This document shows positions 20,980 through 29,265 of a DNA stretch of 41,081 bases, piece after piece (the stretch's first letter is position 1; the number at the start of each line of letters is the position of its first letter). The stretch is taken from IMG/VR virus record IMGVR_UViG_646206259_000005. One strand, given 5' to 3'. Source of the stretch: a virus. Lineage: Duplodnaviria; Heunggongvirae; Uroviricota; Caudoviricetes. The position numbers and the translations under genes were made by a program. The notes beneath the pieces were generated by a model. That model did no database searches and was not told where the DNA came from. It saw only the letters and a program-made list of their open reading frames with translations.

Positions 20980-22395
20980 TCAACCTACACCACAAGGAAT
21001 TGAGTAACTGGAATAGTCGGGTTGCGCAGCCGACTCCGGGCAATGCATACACATCATCAGCGCATCAGCCAGGTTAGGAGATGGAATACCGAGCTTCTGC
21101 TTCATTTCGACCTTAGTCATTAGCTCCAGCTTCCCGTTGTTATTGAATTTGCGCTGAATCTGCGTCAATTCTGCAAACAGCTTCTCCAGCATCTTCTCGC
21201 CTATCGCTTCTTTGTCGAAGCTCAGCATGTCGTCGGGGTCTGCATACTCACCGTAGACAACCGCCCGATATGTCAGATACAGCCTGTCAGCCAGCGCGTA
21301 ATAGAATTGTGCTCGCTTATTGCGGAACACATCGCCAATAGTGCGAACGTTGTCACCCTGTACGACTTCATCAGCCCATGCTCCGGCTTGATACGGTGCA
21401 TCTTCATCGAATGGCGATTCGCTGCCCTTGAACATCGTGGCGGTGATTTTCTTGCCGGAAAACGCTTCCGTTGTCTGTCTGCGTAGCCCGGCACCAACAC
21501 CATCACCATCCCACAGGTAATGGTCAGCGCCGTCTTCAATCGCCAGCGAAGTAGCCCAGTCAGCACCCTCGTTGATGTCCATCAGCAGACCTTCGGCAAT
21601 GCGCTTAACTACCGAACCGTGACGCGATGCATAACCTTTAGCATCTGGCCCTGTATCTGATGGGTCATGCGCAGAGACAACAGCGCCTTTCGCTTTCCAT
21701 CCGAGTTTCTTGTGCGCATCGGTTGCGGCTTCAAGCCATTCACGTTTGATAATTGCCATATCACTTGCGCTCACTGGCTCACCAAGCCAGATGTGACGAT
21801 ACAGTGTCGGATTTCTGCGTTTACACTCTTCCATCTCCAGACGGAGAACTTCAGGAAAGTGCGGGTTGTCGGTGTAGTTCACCGTCAACAGGCAAATATC
21901 ATCAGGAGGATTTACGACGAATCGCTGATAGGTATCGTCGAGTATGTTCTTCGGGTTAAAGCTCACCCATATTTCAGAGAACGGCTTACGGATGGTTGGT
22001 ATCAGGATATCCCATGATTCCTTCGTTACCGCTTCCGCTTCTTCCACCCAGCAGATATCAATACCTTCGAGCGATTTAATCTTCGTCGGGTTGTTTTTGA
22101 TGCCGTAGAACATGAATTCAGCATTCGTTCCGAGATGACGAATCATTGAACGCTGAATTTCAAACTCAGCCGAATATCCTTCACGCTCGATGGTGTCTTC
22201 AAGCAGCCGGATTACCGAATCGCTGATACTGTTTTGCAGTTCACGAGCGCAAAGAATACGCACTGGCTGACGACGCGCCGCTTCAACAAGCAGCCTCGCA
22301 ATTGCCCATGATTTACCGCTACCTCGACCGCCTTTGGCGACTTTGTAGCGATGCGCCTCAATGAACGGTTCAAAGATAGGATTAATCGAGGTCAT
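20980..22395 (-). CDS. Terminase large subunit (P22 gp2-like)
   Basis: 471 aa; N-terminal Walker A-like KGGRGSGKS; position. Confidence 0.85.
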   Translation of the reverse strand: MTSINPIFEPFIEAHRYKVAKGGRGSGKSWAIARLLVEAARRQPVRILCARELQNSISDSVIRLLEDTIEREGYSAEFEIQRSMIRHLGTNAEFMFYGIKNNPTKIKSLEGIDICWVEEAEAVTKESWDILIPTIRKPFSEIWVSFNPKNILDDTYQRFVVNPPDDICLLTVNYTDNPHFPEVLRLEMEECKRRNPTLYRHIWLGEPVSASDMAIIKREWLEAATDAHKKLGWKAKGAVVSAHDPSDTGPDAKGYASRHGSVVKRIAEGLLMDINEGADWATSLAIEDGADHYLWDGDGVGAGLRRQTTEAFSGKKITATMFKGSESPFDEDAPYQAGAWADEVVQGDNVRTIGDVFRNKRAQFYYALADRLYLTYRAVVYGEYADPDDMLSFDKEAIGEKMLEKLFAELTQIQRKFNNNGKLELMTKVEMKQKLGIPSPNLADALMMCMHCPESAAQPDYSSYSIPCGVG

Positions 22396-22832
22396 TTTCC
22401 GAACAGAGTGCTCATCGGTGATGTTTCAATCTGAATTGCGCCGCCGTCTTTGCCTGTTAGCTCGTGATCAACCTTGTCGCGCCATTTATCCTTCTGTCGG
22501 TTCTTAAGCCAGAAGATGGCGGCAGTTGTATCAGGCGGGTAATACTTCTCAAGCGGAGTTTCGACAATTCTGTTTTCAATAACACGAATATCGATGTCTG
22601 GAGCCACGAAGCCCATAGCGCGTTGATAAAGACGGTCACTAACTTCTGCATCAGCGACGGCCTTACCCTTTTTTATGGACTCCGAAAACTCAGGATAATC
22701 AAGCTTCCACTTGTTAATAGTTGACTCACTGACTTCGAAGAAATCAGCAAGCTCTGCATCGGTGTAGCCCAGCAAGCACAGTTTGCGTGCCTGTTCGGCA
22801 TACGCCTCTTGATACTTTGTTGGGCGCGCCAT
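22392..22832 (-). CDS. Terminase small subunit (P22 gp3-like)
   Basis: 146 aa; HTH-like N-terminus; overlaps TerL start. Confidence 0.75.
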   Translation of the reverse strand: MARPTKYQEAYAEQARKLCLLGYTDAELADFFEVSESTINKWKLDYPEFSESIKKGKAVADAEVSDRLYQRAMGFVAPDIDIRVIENRIVETPLEKYYPPDTTAAIFWLKNRQKDKWRDKVDHELTGKDGGAIQIETSPMSTLFGK

Positions 22833-22834
22833 GT

Positions 22835-23077
22835 TTATGCTCCGGTGGTGAACAGGTATAACGCTTCCTTCGATTTACGCACCGCTTCGATAGTGCGGGT
22901 AGTGATATCTGAATTAGCGCCGCCTGACTGGAAGTGAATTTTGAATAGCTCAAGCTTCAACTCGTCAGTGCCGATGAATTGAAATGCTTCTTCTGCGGCT
23001 GCGTTCTGGTTCATGACCAGCTTGTAAATCTCTAACTGGAATTTCTGTTCTTCAGTCATGGGAATAATCTCTGCCAT
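22835..23077 (-). CDS. Hypothetical small protein upstream of terminase
   Basis: 80-aa ORF abutting terS. Confidence 0.4.
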   Translation of the reverse strand: MAEIIPMTEEQKFQLEIYKLVMNQNAAAEEAFQFIGTDELKLELFKIHFQSGGANSDITTRTIEAVRKSKEALYLFTTGA

Positions 23078-23377
23078 TGTTGGCTCCGTTTATCCGTTAA
23101 AAGGGATATCAGTTAAGTTATCCCGTGTAGGGTATAAGCCATTGTCGAGACCACTCATTGAATGGTCTCTGCAATAACCGATGTCTTTCCATCAGTCCGC
23201 CACCACAAAGAATCTTTTTTGCCATAAGGCAGGAGGTTCATCTTTCAGTGGCTGCCAGTGTTATTTCCCCACTTACTGGCTTGGGTTGTTTCGCTGTACT
23301 GCCGTTAATTAGTGACCAGAAATTAACTCCGGTTTCATTATCAAGCCCACCCGTAGATAGGCTTTGTAATGACATCT

Positions 23378-23902
23378 TCAATTAATCAGCAGTTCAGGCT
23401 GTGTCACCTGCAAGATGTATTCATGCTCGACAGCCAGGACACGCTTCTCTTTCTTCCGTTCGTTCATTAACCGACTGCCGATCGTACCTTTCAGCTTTGA
23501 GCGTGTTTCTTTGATGGCGTAGCGGTGCTGCATTTCTTCGCCAATTGCCATGCGGCGGCTCAGTTGCTCTGCCATCCAGTTGAATGCTGCGATATAGCTC
23601 TCCTTGATTGCCGCAGCAGCTTTCCCGGTGAACCCCATCACAACCATGATCCAGCCATCTTTCGTCAGGCTGTACATCGGGCGAACCTTGCCCTGCTCAT
23701 CGATATAATCAGCCGACGCAAAATTGCGTTGGCTAAACTCACGCGAGCAATCAGCCTTAACCTGCTCGATTTTCCTGAGAACATCACCGTGTCGCTTGCC
23801 GAAGTACTTGGCAATTTTTCTGGATGTGGTAACGACCTCTCCGTTTTTGGCTTGCACCATTTCTCGGAAGTCGAAGGCTGGAATAACTGAATGATTATTC
23901 AT
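23378..23902 (-). CDS. rha: Rha-family phage regulatory protein (start at internal Met MNNHS)
   Basis: Sequence AFDFREMVQAKNGEVVTTSRKIAKYFGKRHGDVLRKIE typical of Rha family; position between lysis and terminase as in P22. Confidence 0.7.
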   Translation of the reverse strand: MNNHSVIPAFDFREMVQAKNGEVVTTSRKIAKYFGKRHGDVLRKIEQVKADCSREFSQRNFASADYIDEQGKVRPMYSLTKDGWIMVVMGFTGKAAAAIKESYIAAFNWMAEQLSRRMAIGEEMQHRYAIKETRSKLKGTIGSRLMNERKKEKRVLAVEHEYILQVTQPELLIN

Positions 23903-24244
23903 AGCGTCTTTACCTTTTAGAAAGTGAGCCTGTCTCACAGAAAAGCCGCCCGAGAGAGGTCGCCACCTATAACGGCATTTCTCAGGCTCGCTTACTGAAA
24001 GGCTCTCGTTAATATGCGCGTGAGATGCGCTGTGAAATTCAGATATAAAAAGCCCCGCGAATGCGAGGCTAAATCCTGGTATTTGTAATGAACTGGCTCT
24101 TATCTCAACGCAGCCCCTTACTGCGCGCAAGATGCTCAATATCAAGCATCAGCAATGAGATGTTTAATCTGGATTCACTCCAGAAGTGATCATCACCCTG
24201 TCTACAGAGCCAGATGTGAAGGATGATGAGTAAAATTATCGCTA

Positions 24245-24712
24245 TCATCGAAGGCATTGCGTCCTGATGTATTCCTGAAGCGTTCTCAGTGCTGTTTGGT
24301 CGCGGATAATTCCGTCCCGGACACCGAGAACGTTTCGTCCAGCAACTGGAGAGAGTTCGACGGTGGCATCATTGCCCATGCCGGAGGCGCCGGAGGTTTC
24401 GGCTGAGGATGGCACAGGGCATTTTCCTTTGACGAGCACCCTGCCACCATTATCAAGCTTGCGCCGAAGAGCATCATTTTCAGCTTTCGCATCAGCTAAC
24501 TCCTTCGTGTATTTAGCATCGAGTGCATCAGCAGCACGCTGGCGTCGCTGCATGTCAGTAATGGTGGCGGCCGCCTGCTTCAGCTCACTGACTTTTTTAT
24601 CACGCTGTTCTTTGTAGGCGATGGCGTTATCACGGTAATGATTAACAGCCCATGACAGGCAGACGATGATGCAGATAACCAGAGCAGAGATAATCGCGGT
24701 GACTCTGCTCAT
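24245..24712 (-). CDS. Rz: Rz i-spanin
   Basis: 155 aa, N-terminal TM then coiled coil; overlaps endolysin stop. Confidence 0.85.
   Translation of the reverse strand: MSRVTAIISALVICIIVCLSWAVNHYRDNAIAYKEQRDKKVSELKQAAATITDMQRRQRAADALDAKYTKELADAKAENDALRRKLDNGGRVLVKGKCPVPSSAETSGASGMGNDATVELSPVAGRNVLGVRDGIIRDQTALRTLQEYIRTQCLR
24286..24492 (-). CDS. Rz1: Rz1 o-spanin lipoprotein, embedded in Rz in alternate frame
   Basis: Lipobox MVAGC and proline-rich [16 protein letters not shown] resembling lambda Rz1. Confidence 0.75.
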   Translation of the reverse strand: MRKLKMMLFGASLIMVAGCSSKENALCHPQPKPPAPPAWAMMPPSNSLQLLDETFSVSGTELSATKQH

Positions 24713-25185
24713 ACCTCAATCTCTCTGACCGTTCCGCCAGCCTCTTTGAATTTTGCAATCAGGCTGTCAGCCTTATGCTCGAACTGACCATAACCAGCCC
24801 CCGGCAGTGAAGCCCAGATGTTGCTGCAACGGTCGATAGCCTGACGGATATCACCGCGATCAATCATCGGCAAAGCGCCACGTTCCTTAATCTGCTGCAG
24901 CGCAACAGCGTCCTGGCTTTTGGGAGAGAAGTCTTTCAGGCCAAGCTGCTTACGATAGGCATCCCACCAACGGGAAAGAAGCTGGTAACGTCCGGCTGCT
25001 GTTGATTTGAGTTTGGGGTTTAGCGTGACAAGTTTGCGAGGGTGATCGGAGTAATCAGTGAATAGCTCTCCGCCTACAATGACGTCATAACCGTGATTTC
25101 TGGTTTTCTGCCGTCCGTTATCTGTTCCTTCTGACCACGCCAGCATATCGAGGAACGCCTTACGTTGATTATTGATTTCCACCAT
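24709..25185 (-). CDS. R: Endolysin, lambda R-type lytic transglycosylase
   Basis: 158 aa, near identical to remembered lambda R ([24 protein letters not shown]...). Confidence 0.9.
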   Translation of the reverse strand: MVEINNQRKAFLDMLAWSEGTDNGRQKTRNHGYDVIVGGELFTDYSDHPRKLVTLNPKLKSTAAGRYQLLSRWWDAYRKQLGLKDFSPKSQDAVALQQIKERGALPMIDRGDIRQAIDRCSNIWASLPGAGYGQFEHKADSLIAKFKEAGGTVREIEV

Positions 25186-25492
25186 CTTCTACTCCGGCTT
25201 TTTTAGCAGCGAAGCGTTTGATAAGCGAACCAATCGAGTCAGTACCGATGTAGCCGATGAACACGCTCGTTATATAAGCGAGATTGCTACTTAGTCCGGC
25301 GAAGTCGAGAAGGTCACGAATGAACCAGGCGATAATGGCGCACATCGTTGCGTCGATTACTGTTTTTGTAAACGCACCGCCATTATATCTGCCGCGAAGG
25401 TACGCCATTGCAAACGCAAGGATTGCCCCGATGCCTTGTTCCTTTGCCGCGAGAATGGCGGCTAACAGGTCATGTTTTTCTGGCATCTTCAT
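25169..25492 (-). CDS. S: Holin, lambda S-type with dual-start MKM motif
   Basis: 107 aa near identical to remembered lambda S ([25 protein letters not shown]...). Confidence 0.9.
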   Translation of the reverse strand: MKMPEKHDLLAAILAAKEQGIGAILAFAMAYLRGRYNGGAFTKTVIDATMCAIIAWFIRDLLDFAGLSSNLAYITSVFIGYIGTDSIGSLIKRFAAKKAGVEDGGNQ

Positions 25493-25734
25493 GTCTTACC
25501 CCCAATAAGGGGATTTGCTCTATTTAATTAGGAATAAGGTCTATTACTGATAGAACAAATCCAGGCTACTGTGTTTAGTAATCAGATTTGTTCGTGACCG
25601 ATATGCACGGGCAAAACGGCAGGAGGTTGTTAGCGCAGCCTCTTGCCACCCGCTTTCACGAAGGTCATGTGTAGAAGGCCGCAGCGTAACTATCACTGAT
25701 GAGTTCAGGATAGCCAGTGGCTACGGCTCAGTTA

Positions 25735-25810
25735 TGGTGCTGGTTAACGGACTTGAACCGCTACCCATTCGCTTACAAGGCGACCGCTCTACCATTGGAG
25801 CTAAACCAGC
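25735..25810 (-). tRNA. tRNA-Thr (anticodon UGU)
   Basis: Hand-folded cloverleaf from reverse complement GCTGGTTTAGCTCCAATGGTAGAGC...CTTGTAA...GGTTCAAGTCC...AACCAGCACCA; 76 nt, acceptor stem perfectly paired, encoded CCA. Confidence 0.6.
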
Positions 25811-25815
25811 ATATT

Positions 25816-25890
25816 TGGCGGGACAGCGTGGACTCGAACCACGATAAGAAGGTTAACAGCCTTCCGTAATGACCTTTATACGACTGACCC
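25816..25890 (-). tRNA. tRNA-Asn-like (anticodon GUU), with one acceptor-stem and one D-stem mismatch
   Basis: Hand-folded: anticodon loop CTGTTAA and T-arm CGTGG-TTCGAGT-CCACG as in E. coli tRNA-Asn; 75 nt with encoded CCA; T4-T69 mismatch. Confidence 0.5.
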
Positions 25891-25952
25891 AAATAAAAAA
25901 TCCCGAAACCGTTGTGCAGGCTCTAACTATTACCTGCGAACTGTTTCGGGAT
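25891..25952 (-). terminator. tR'-like late terminator (long hairpin plus U run) between pR' and the tRNAs
   Basis: Minus strand AATCCCGAAAC...GTTTCGGGATTTTTTATTT; resembles lambda tR'. Confidence 0.6.
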
Positions 25953-26093
25953 TGCATTTTGCAGACCTCTCAGCCTGCGATGGTTGGAGTTCCAGACGAT
26001 ACGTCGAAGTGACCAACTAGGCGGAATCGGTAGTAAGCGCCGCCTCTTTTCATCTCACTACCACAACGAGCGAATTAACCCATCGTTGGGTCA

Positions 26094-26122
26094 AATTTAC
26101 CCAACTTTATTCAAAAAGTCAA
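26094..26122 (-). promoter_or_regulatory. Late promoter pR' (-35 TTGACT, 17-bp spacer, -10 TAAATT) downstream of Q
   Basis: Read directly on minus strand: TTGACTTTTTGAATAAAGTTGGGTAAATT; matches lambda pR' as I recall. Confidence 0.65.
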
Positions 26123-26164
26123 TATTATGCCGTTAATATGTTGCCATCCGTGGCAATCATGCTG

Positions 26165-26788
26165 TTAACGTGTGACCGCATTCAAAATGTTGTCTGCGAT
26201 TGACTCTTCTTTGTGGCATTGCACCACCAGAGCGTCATACAGCGGCTTAACAGTGCGTGACCAGGTGGGTTGAGTAAGGTTTGGGATTAGCATCGTTACA
26301 GCGCGATATGCGGCGCTTGCTGGCATTCTTGAATAGCCGACACCTTTGCATCTTCCGCACTCTTTCTCAACAACTCTCCCCCACTGCTCTGTTTTGGCTA
26401 TATCAACCGCACGGCCTGTACCGTGGCAATCTCTGCATCTTGCGCCCGGCGTCGCGGCACTACGGCAATAATCCGCATAAGCGAATGTTGCGAGCACTTG
26501 CAGTACCTTTGCCTTAGTATTTCCTTCAAGCTTTGCAACGCCACGGTATTTCCCCGATACCTTGTGTGCAAATTGCATCAGATAGTTGATAGCCTTTTGT
26601 TTGTCGTTCTGGCTGAGTTCGTGCTTACCACAGAATGCAGCCATTCCGAATCCGGCTTGTGATTGCGCCATCCCCATAGCAGCCATCACATCAGTACCGG
26701 AAAGAGAGTCAGAAGCCGTAGCCCGTGGTGAGTCGCTCATCATCGGGCTTTTTGGCGAATGAAATTTAGCTGCGCTTTCGAGTCTCAT
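26165..26788 (-). CDS. Q: Late antiterminator Q (lambda-type)
   Basis: 207 aa, near identical to remembered lambda Q (MRLES.AKFHSPKSPMMSDSPRATASDSLSGTDVMAAMGMAQ...). Confidence 0.9.
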   Translation of the reverse strand: MRLESAAKFHSPKSPMMSDSPRATASDSLSGTDVMAAMGMAQSQAGFGMAAFCGKHELSQNDKQKAINYLMQFAHKVSGKYRGVAKLEGNTKAKVLQVLATFAYADYCRSAATPGARCRDCHGTGRAVDIAKTEQWGRVVEKECGRCKGVGYSRMPASAAYRAVTMLIPNLTQPTWSRTVKPLYDALVVQCHKEESIADNILNAVTR

Positions 26789-26973
26789 GGCCTTCCCCTT
26801 TTGCCCTGTTTGACCATCAGGACGCCGTTAACTATTACGTGACGCTCGCCTTTGCTGTCTCGGTTGTACTTGAGCACTGTTCCTCTTGCGCAGGAAAGCA
26901 TCCTTGCCACTTCGGTCTGATTGCCTCGTGTCTGGATAAGAAGCTCTGGTATCGTTTGAATTGTGGCGTTCAT
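26785..26973 (-). CDS. ninH: NinH-like protein
   Basis: Motif YGNQTEVARMLSCARGTVLKY resembling lambda NinH. Confidence 0.65.
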   Translation of the reverse strand: MNATIQTIPELLIQTRGNQTEVARMLSCARGTVLKYNRDSKGERHVIVNGVLMVKQGKRGRP

Positions 26974-27332
26974 GCGTTCTCCAGTTCGGTGATTTTTATT
27001 CCAAGCCTTCCGCCTGGTACTTTCACGCCACGAATTACGCGAATGTCATCGAATTGCTCGTCGTCTTCCGCAAATCCGGCGTGGATAAGGGAGTCGAGTA
27101 AACCTTTCAGGATGTTGTCGAGGTCGCGACGGCGGGAGTCCGGAACGTCTACGATGACTTTGATGCGGAGTCGTGATTTGGTGAAAATGTCTAACTTAAG
27201 TTGGCGGATGATTTGCTGAACGTCTTTTCGGTATTTCTGGCCTTTATCGCTGATGTAGTATTGGCTTCCCCGTCTTCGCCAGTAGGTATTCACCGACGGC
27301 GGGTATGGAAGCACAAACTGATATTCGTTCAT
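26970..27332 (-). CDS. rusA: RusA-family Holliday junction resolvase
   Basis: 120 aa; motifs PPSVNTYW and DSRRRDLDNILKGLLDSLIHAGF...GGRLGIKITE match RusA. Confidence 0.85.
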   Translation of the reverse strand: MNEYQFVLPYPPSVNTYWRRRGSQYYISDKGQKYRKDVQQIIRQLKLDIFTKSRLRIKVIVDVPDSRRRDLDNILKGLLDSLIHAGFAEDDEQFDDIRVIRGVKVPGGRLGIKITELENA

Positions 27333-27517
27333 GGCTTAATCTTCCCCTCCCTCAGCAGTATCGCCTGCGTCCTGATCACGCCTTCGAGGTGGTAAAGTCT
27401 GGCGTCTTTGTTGTCGAGAATCCGGGTGCGTCGGTCGATCTCCGCGTGGCAGTCACTACAAGCCCATGCGCCGATCAGGTCGTCAGGCTTCATTCCAGTT
27501 CCGCAAATTCCAGCCAT
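27329..27517 (-). CDS. Hypothetical Cys-rich small protein (nin region)
   Basis: 62-aa ORF with CGTG...CSDCH cysteine/histidine cluster. Confidence 0.4.
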   Translation of the reverse strand: MAGICGTGMKPDDLIGAWACSDCHAEIDRRTRILDNKDARLYHLEGVIRTQAILLREGKIKP

Positions 27518-27618
27518 CCGGTAATGTGCCAGAACTGTAGTTTCAGGATTGCCATTGCATATGCCGTAAATACGTACCTAGCATTCTCTGCCGCGTGCTT
27601 CTTTGCGTAGGTTAGCCA

Positions 27619-27888
27619 TTATGGTTCGCTCCAGTAATTCTCAATTGCAGCAGCCATTCTCTGCATCCACTCAGCCAGCTTTAACGCGGCTTCTCTTTCA
27701 GAACCACATTTAGGGAAATCCTTCATTTCCATGCTGGCCTTATATGTTCTGAATGCCAGGTTTCCGGTAATAACCAACTCCTGATCAAGCACCGAGCGTT
27801 TATTCCGGTGTTGAACGTAATAGACAGATTCAGTCCGCATTTCTTCTCTGTCTTTTTTGAAGGAAATAAGCTCAGAGAAATCACTCAT
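27619..27888 (-). CDS. Hypothetical protein (nin region)
   Basis: 89-aa ORF; start ATG overlaps upstream NinF-like stop. Confidence 0.4.
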   Translation of the reverse strand: MSDFSELISFKKDREEMRTESVYYVQHRNKRSVLDQELVITGNLAFRTYKASMEMKDFPKCGSEREAALKLAEWMQRMAAAIENYWSEP

Positions 27889-28051
27889 CGTCTTCTTCCT
27901 CGTACATTGAGCTATTCGGATCGCTCATCAGTTCTGCGCAGCAGTGCTCACACATGTGAACTTCCAGCACATGCAGCTTCTGACCGCAGTTAGCGCACGT
28001 TAAAGCCCGCTCGACGCTTTCTTGTTCGTAACTTCGATTTGGGTCAATCAC
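27881..28051 (-). CDS. ninF: NinF-like zinc-finger protein (GTG start), not in ORF track because under 60 aa
   Basis: My translation [56 protein letters not shown] resembles lambda NinF. Confidence 0.55.
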   Translation of the reverse strand: MIDPNRSYEQESVERALTCANCGQKLHVLEVHMCEHCCAELMSDPNSSMYEEEDDE

Positions 28052-28230
28052 CTTGTTTTCCTCGCACGTTCTCTAAGCCACCGGATATCCCACAGGTGAG
28101 CTGTGTAATTGAAGGTTTTTACGTCAGATTCTTTTGGGATTGGCTTACGTTTATTTCTGGAGCGTTTCGTTGGAAGGTATTTGCAGTTTTCGCAGATGAT
28201 GTCGGTGATGCTTCGTCGCTGTCGTCTCAT
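28048..28230 (-). CDS. ninE: NinE-like protein (start at internal Met MRRQRR with GGAGG RBS)
   Basis: [23 protein letters not shown]... resembles lambda NinE. Confidence 0.65.
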   Translation of the reverse strand: MRRQRRSITDIICENCKYLPTKRSRNKRKPIPKESDVKTFNYTAHLWDIRWLRERARKTR

Positions 28231-28637
28231 TCGTACCTCCTGTCGGTAAATCTGACACCCTGACCAATAGCCCATGCTGTCGTGTACTCAATCAGACTTG
28301 CCATACGCTTCACACTCATCTGCGCGCTACTTTCGCGAATGTTGACGTATTCGCCTTCAAGCCCGGGCAAAACATCAGCTTCCTGTTTTGTTGCCACTGC
28401 ATGACCGCTGATCAACAAAACCTTCCATTGTTCTGGTTTTAGCCATTTATCGCACCATTGAACCTGACGAGCGATATCCGCCAGCATCGCGTGAAATTTT
28501 GCGTTCTGGTCAAGGTTGCGCTTGTAGTCAGTAATGCGGATGGTGACTGGCTTGTCTTTATCGAGTGGTGTTGCGAGGATGGCGTTGATTGCGGCTTGCT
28601 GTTGTTGCTTAGTTCGGAGGAATATTGTTTGCTTCAT
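28227..28637 (-). CDS. ninB: NinB/Orf-family recombination mediator
   Basis: 136 aa; similarity to lambda NinB as recalled; conserved nin position. Confidence 0.75.
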   Translation of the reverse strand: MKQTIFLRTKQQQQAAINAILATPLDKDKPVTIRITDYKRNLDQNAKFHAMLADIARQVQWCDKWLKPEQWKVLLISGHAVATKQEADVLPGLEGEYVNIRESSAQMSVKRMASLIEYTTAWAIGQGVRFTDRRYE

Positions 28638-28965
28638 CGAAATTCTTCTCTTTAATTCCAGCGGCTCTGATAGCTTTCATTACTGCAATTACCGTTTTGT
28701 CACGCCCATCCTCATAACCCATCGCATAAGCACCTTCTTCACCATCTTTCCAAAAGTCGTCATTCGATTCTGGCCAGTCGATATCCAGTTCAATAGCTGC
28801 TCGCGATGCCTGCCATAAAGTCCACCACTCATTTAAGGAGTGACGAATATCCATGCTTGAAAATGCGAAGTACCTATCACCATTTCTTGCCTCGGTTATC
28901 ATCTCGAATGGTAATCTCAATTTTTTGGCAACGTATTCCTCAAACTTCTTTCTTGATTCGTCCAT
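28609..28965 (-). CDS. Hypothetical protein (nin region)
   Basis: 118-aa ORF upstream of ninB. Confidence 0.4.
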   Translation of the reverse strand: MDESRKKFEEYVAKKLRLPFEMITEARNGDRYFAFSSMDIRHSLNEWWTLWQASRAAIELDIDWPESNDDFWKDGEEGAYAMGYEDGRDKTVIAVMKAIRAAGIKEKNFDEANNIPPN

Positions 28966-28982
28966 CGGTACTTACCCTCAGT

Positions 28983-29189
28983 TCAACTCACAAAACGCCA
29001 CGCCACTTTTGCAACGACAACAGGCATAACACCGATAATCACCCACAGGAAAATGCTACCGAAAAGCACACCCACCAGGTCTTTACCTTCGCCTACCAAC
29101 CGGACAAAACTTCCGACAACCACAATGAACGTCGACACCATCCACATAGCACCGAGAATCCTCAATGCAGAGAAAATTAACTCAGCCAC
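28983..29189 (-). CDS. Small two-TM hydrophobic protein
   Basis: 68 aa, two hydrophobic segments; preceded by an overlapping 25-codon hydrophobic ORF at about 29187-29264. Confidence 0.4.
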   Translation of the reverse strand: MAELIFSALRILGAMWMVSTFIVVVGSFVRLVGEGKDLVGVLFGSIFLWVIIGVMPVVVAKVAWRFVS

Positions 29190-29265
29190 GATTTACTCTC
29201 CCCCAAATAAAAAGGCCTGCGATTACCAGCAGGCCTGTTACAAGCTCACTGATGTAGATGGTCAT

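Noticed and set aside
25600-25734. Possible third tRNA or lambda-like leader between the tRNAs and the holin gene
   Set aside because: No cloverleaf or T-loop motif could be folded; the sequence matches the ordinary lambda late leader as recalled, with only an imperfect hairpin
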